DNA from: Eledone cirrhosa | Taxonomy: Eukaryota | Reading direction: 5' to 3' | Length of the DNA: 64,000 bases | Assembly: GCA_964016885.1 (NCBI GenBank) | Contig: OZ024742.1 | Location: 74,028,001-74,092,000 of the forward strand | Shown: piece by piece, positions 63,766-64,000 of the stretch | Layout of the letters: every line of letters begins with the position of its first letter | How positions within the stretch are numbered: position 1 is the first letter of the stretch | Notes under the pieces: generated by a model | Told to the model about the DNA's origin: nothing | The model's input: only the letters and a program-made list of their open reading frames with translations | The model's database searches: none | Program-made: the position numbers and the translations under genes

Positions 63766-64000
63766 TGTGATAGTATAAGTATTTATGGTGTGTATGTGTG
63801 TGTATTGAGGGGGTGAGGGGGTTGAAACAGGCCATGTATCTGTTATGGAGACACACAAGCGAGGAGGAAGAGGGAGATAATTCAAGACTCTAAATATTAC
63901 AGTCGAAAGTTTATTGGAATTAAAATGTGCTTTTCTGGCTGAGCTGTTTACTTCACGCTATTTCTGTTTTGTTCAAAGTTATTGATTTTATTTCTCTACA

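Noticed and set aside
62817-63816. His/Thr-rich and Cys/Val-rich ORFs (metallothionein-like appearance)
   Set aside because: Direct artefacts of CA/TG dinucleotide-rich repeats.

Overview
This is a eukaryotic, essentially gene-free window, and about 92% of it is two directly abutting tandem satellite arrays. The first is a ~53 kb array of a 29-bp C/A-rich monomer (CACCATACCACTACTGTCACCTTAACACA, ~1,830 copies, 3299-56393). The second is a ~5.5 kb array of a 32-bp G/T-rich monomer (GAGATGGTGGTAGTATTTACCATAGACTGGGG, ~170 copies, 56402-61943). The two monomers share a core in opposite orientation and meet at an imperfect 16-bp palindrome. The large array has nested higher-order structure traceable by rare variant monomers (263 bp, 638 bp, ~2.2-2.8 kb and ~23-24 kb duplications) and distinct sub-domains. 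The AT-rich flanks hold two degenerate tRNA-derived SINEs and another interspersed-repeat fragment that resemble octopus/cephalopod repeats (from memory, not database-checked), plus GA- and TG-rich simple repeats and a possible, very decayed DEAD-box helicase relic. There is no credible intact protein-coding gene, RNA gene or CRISPR array, and the supplied ORFs look incidental.
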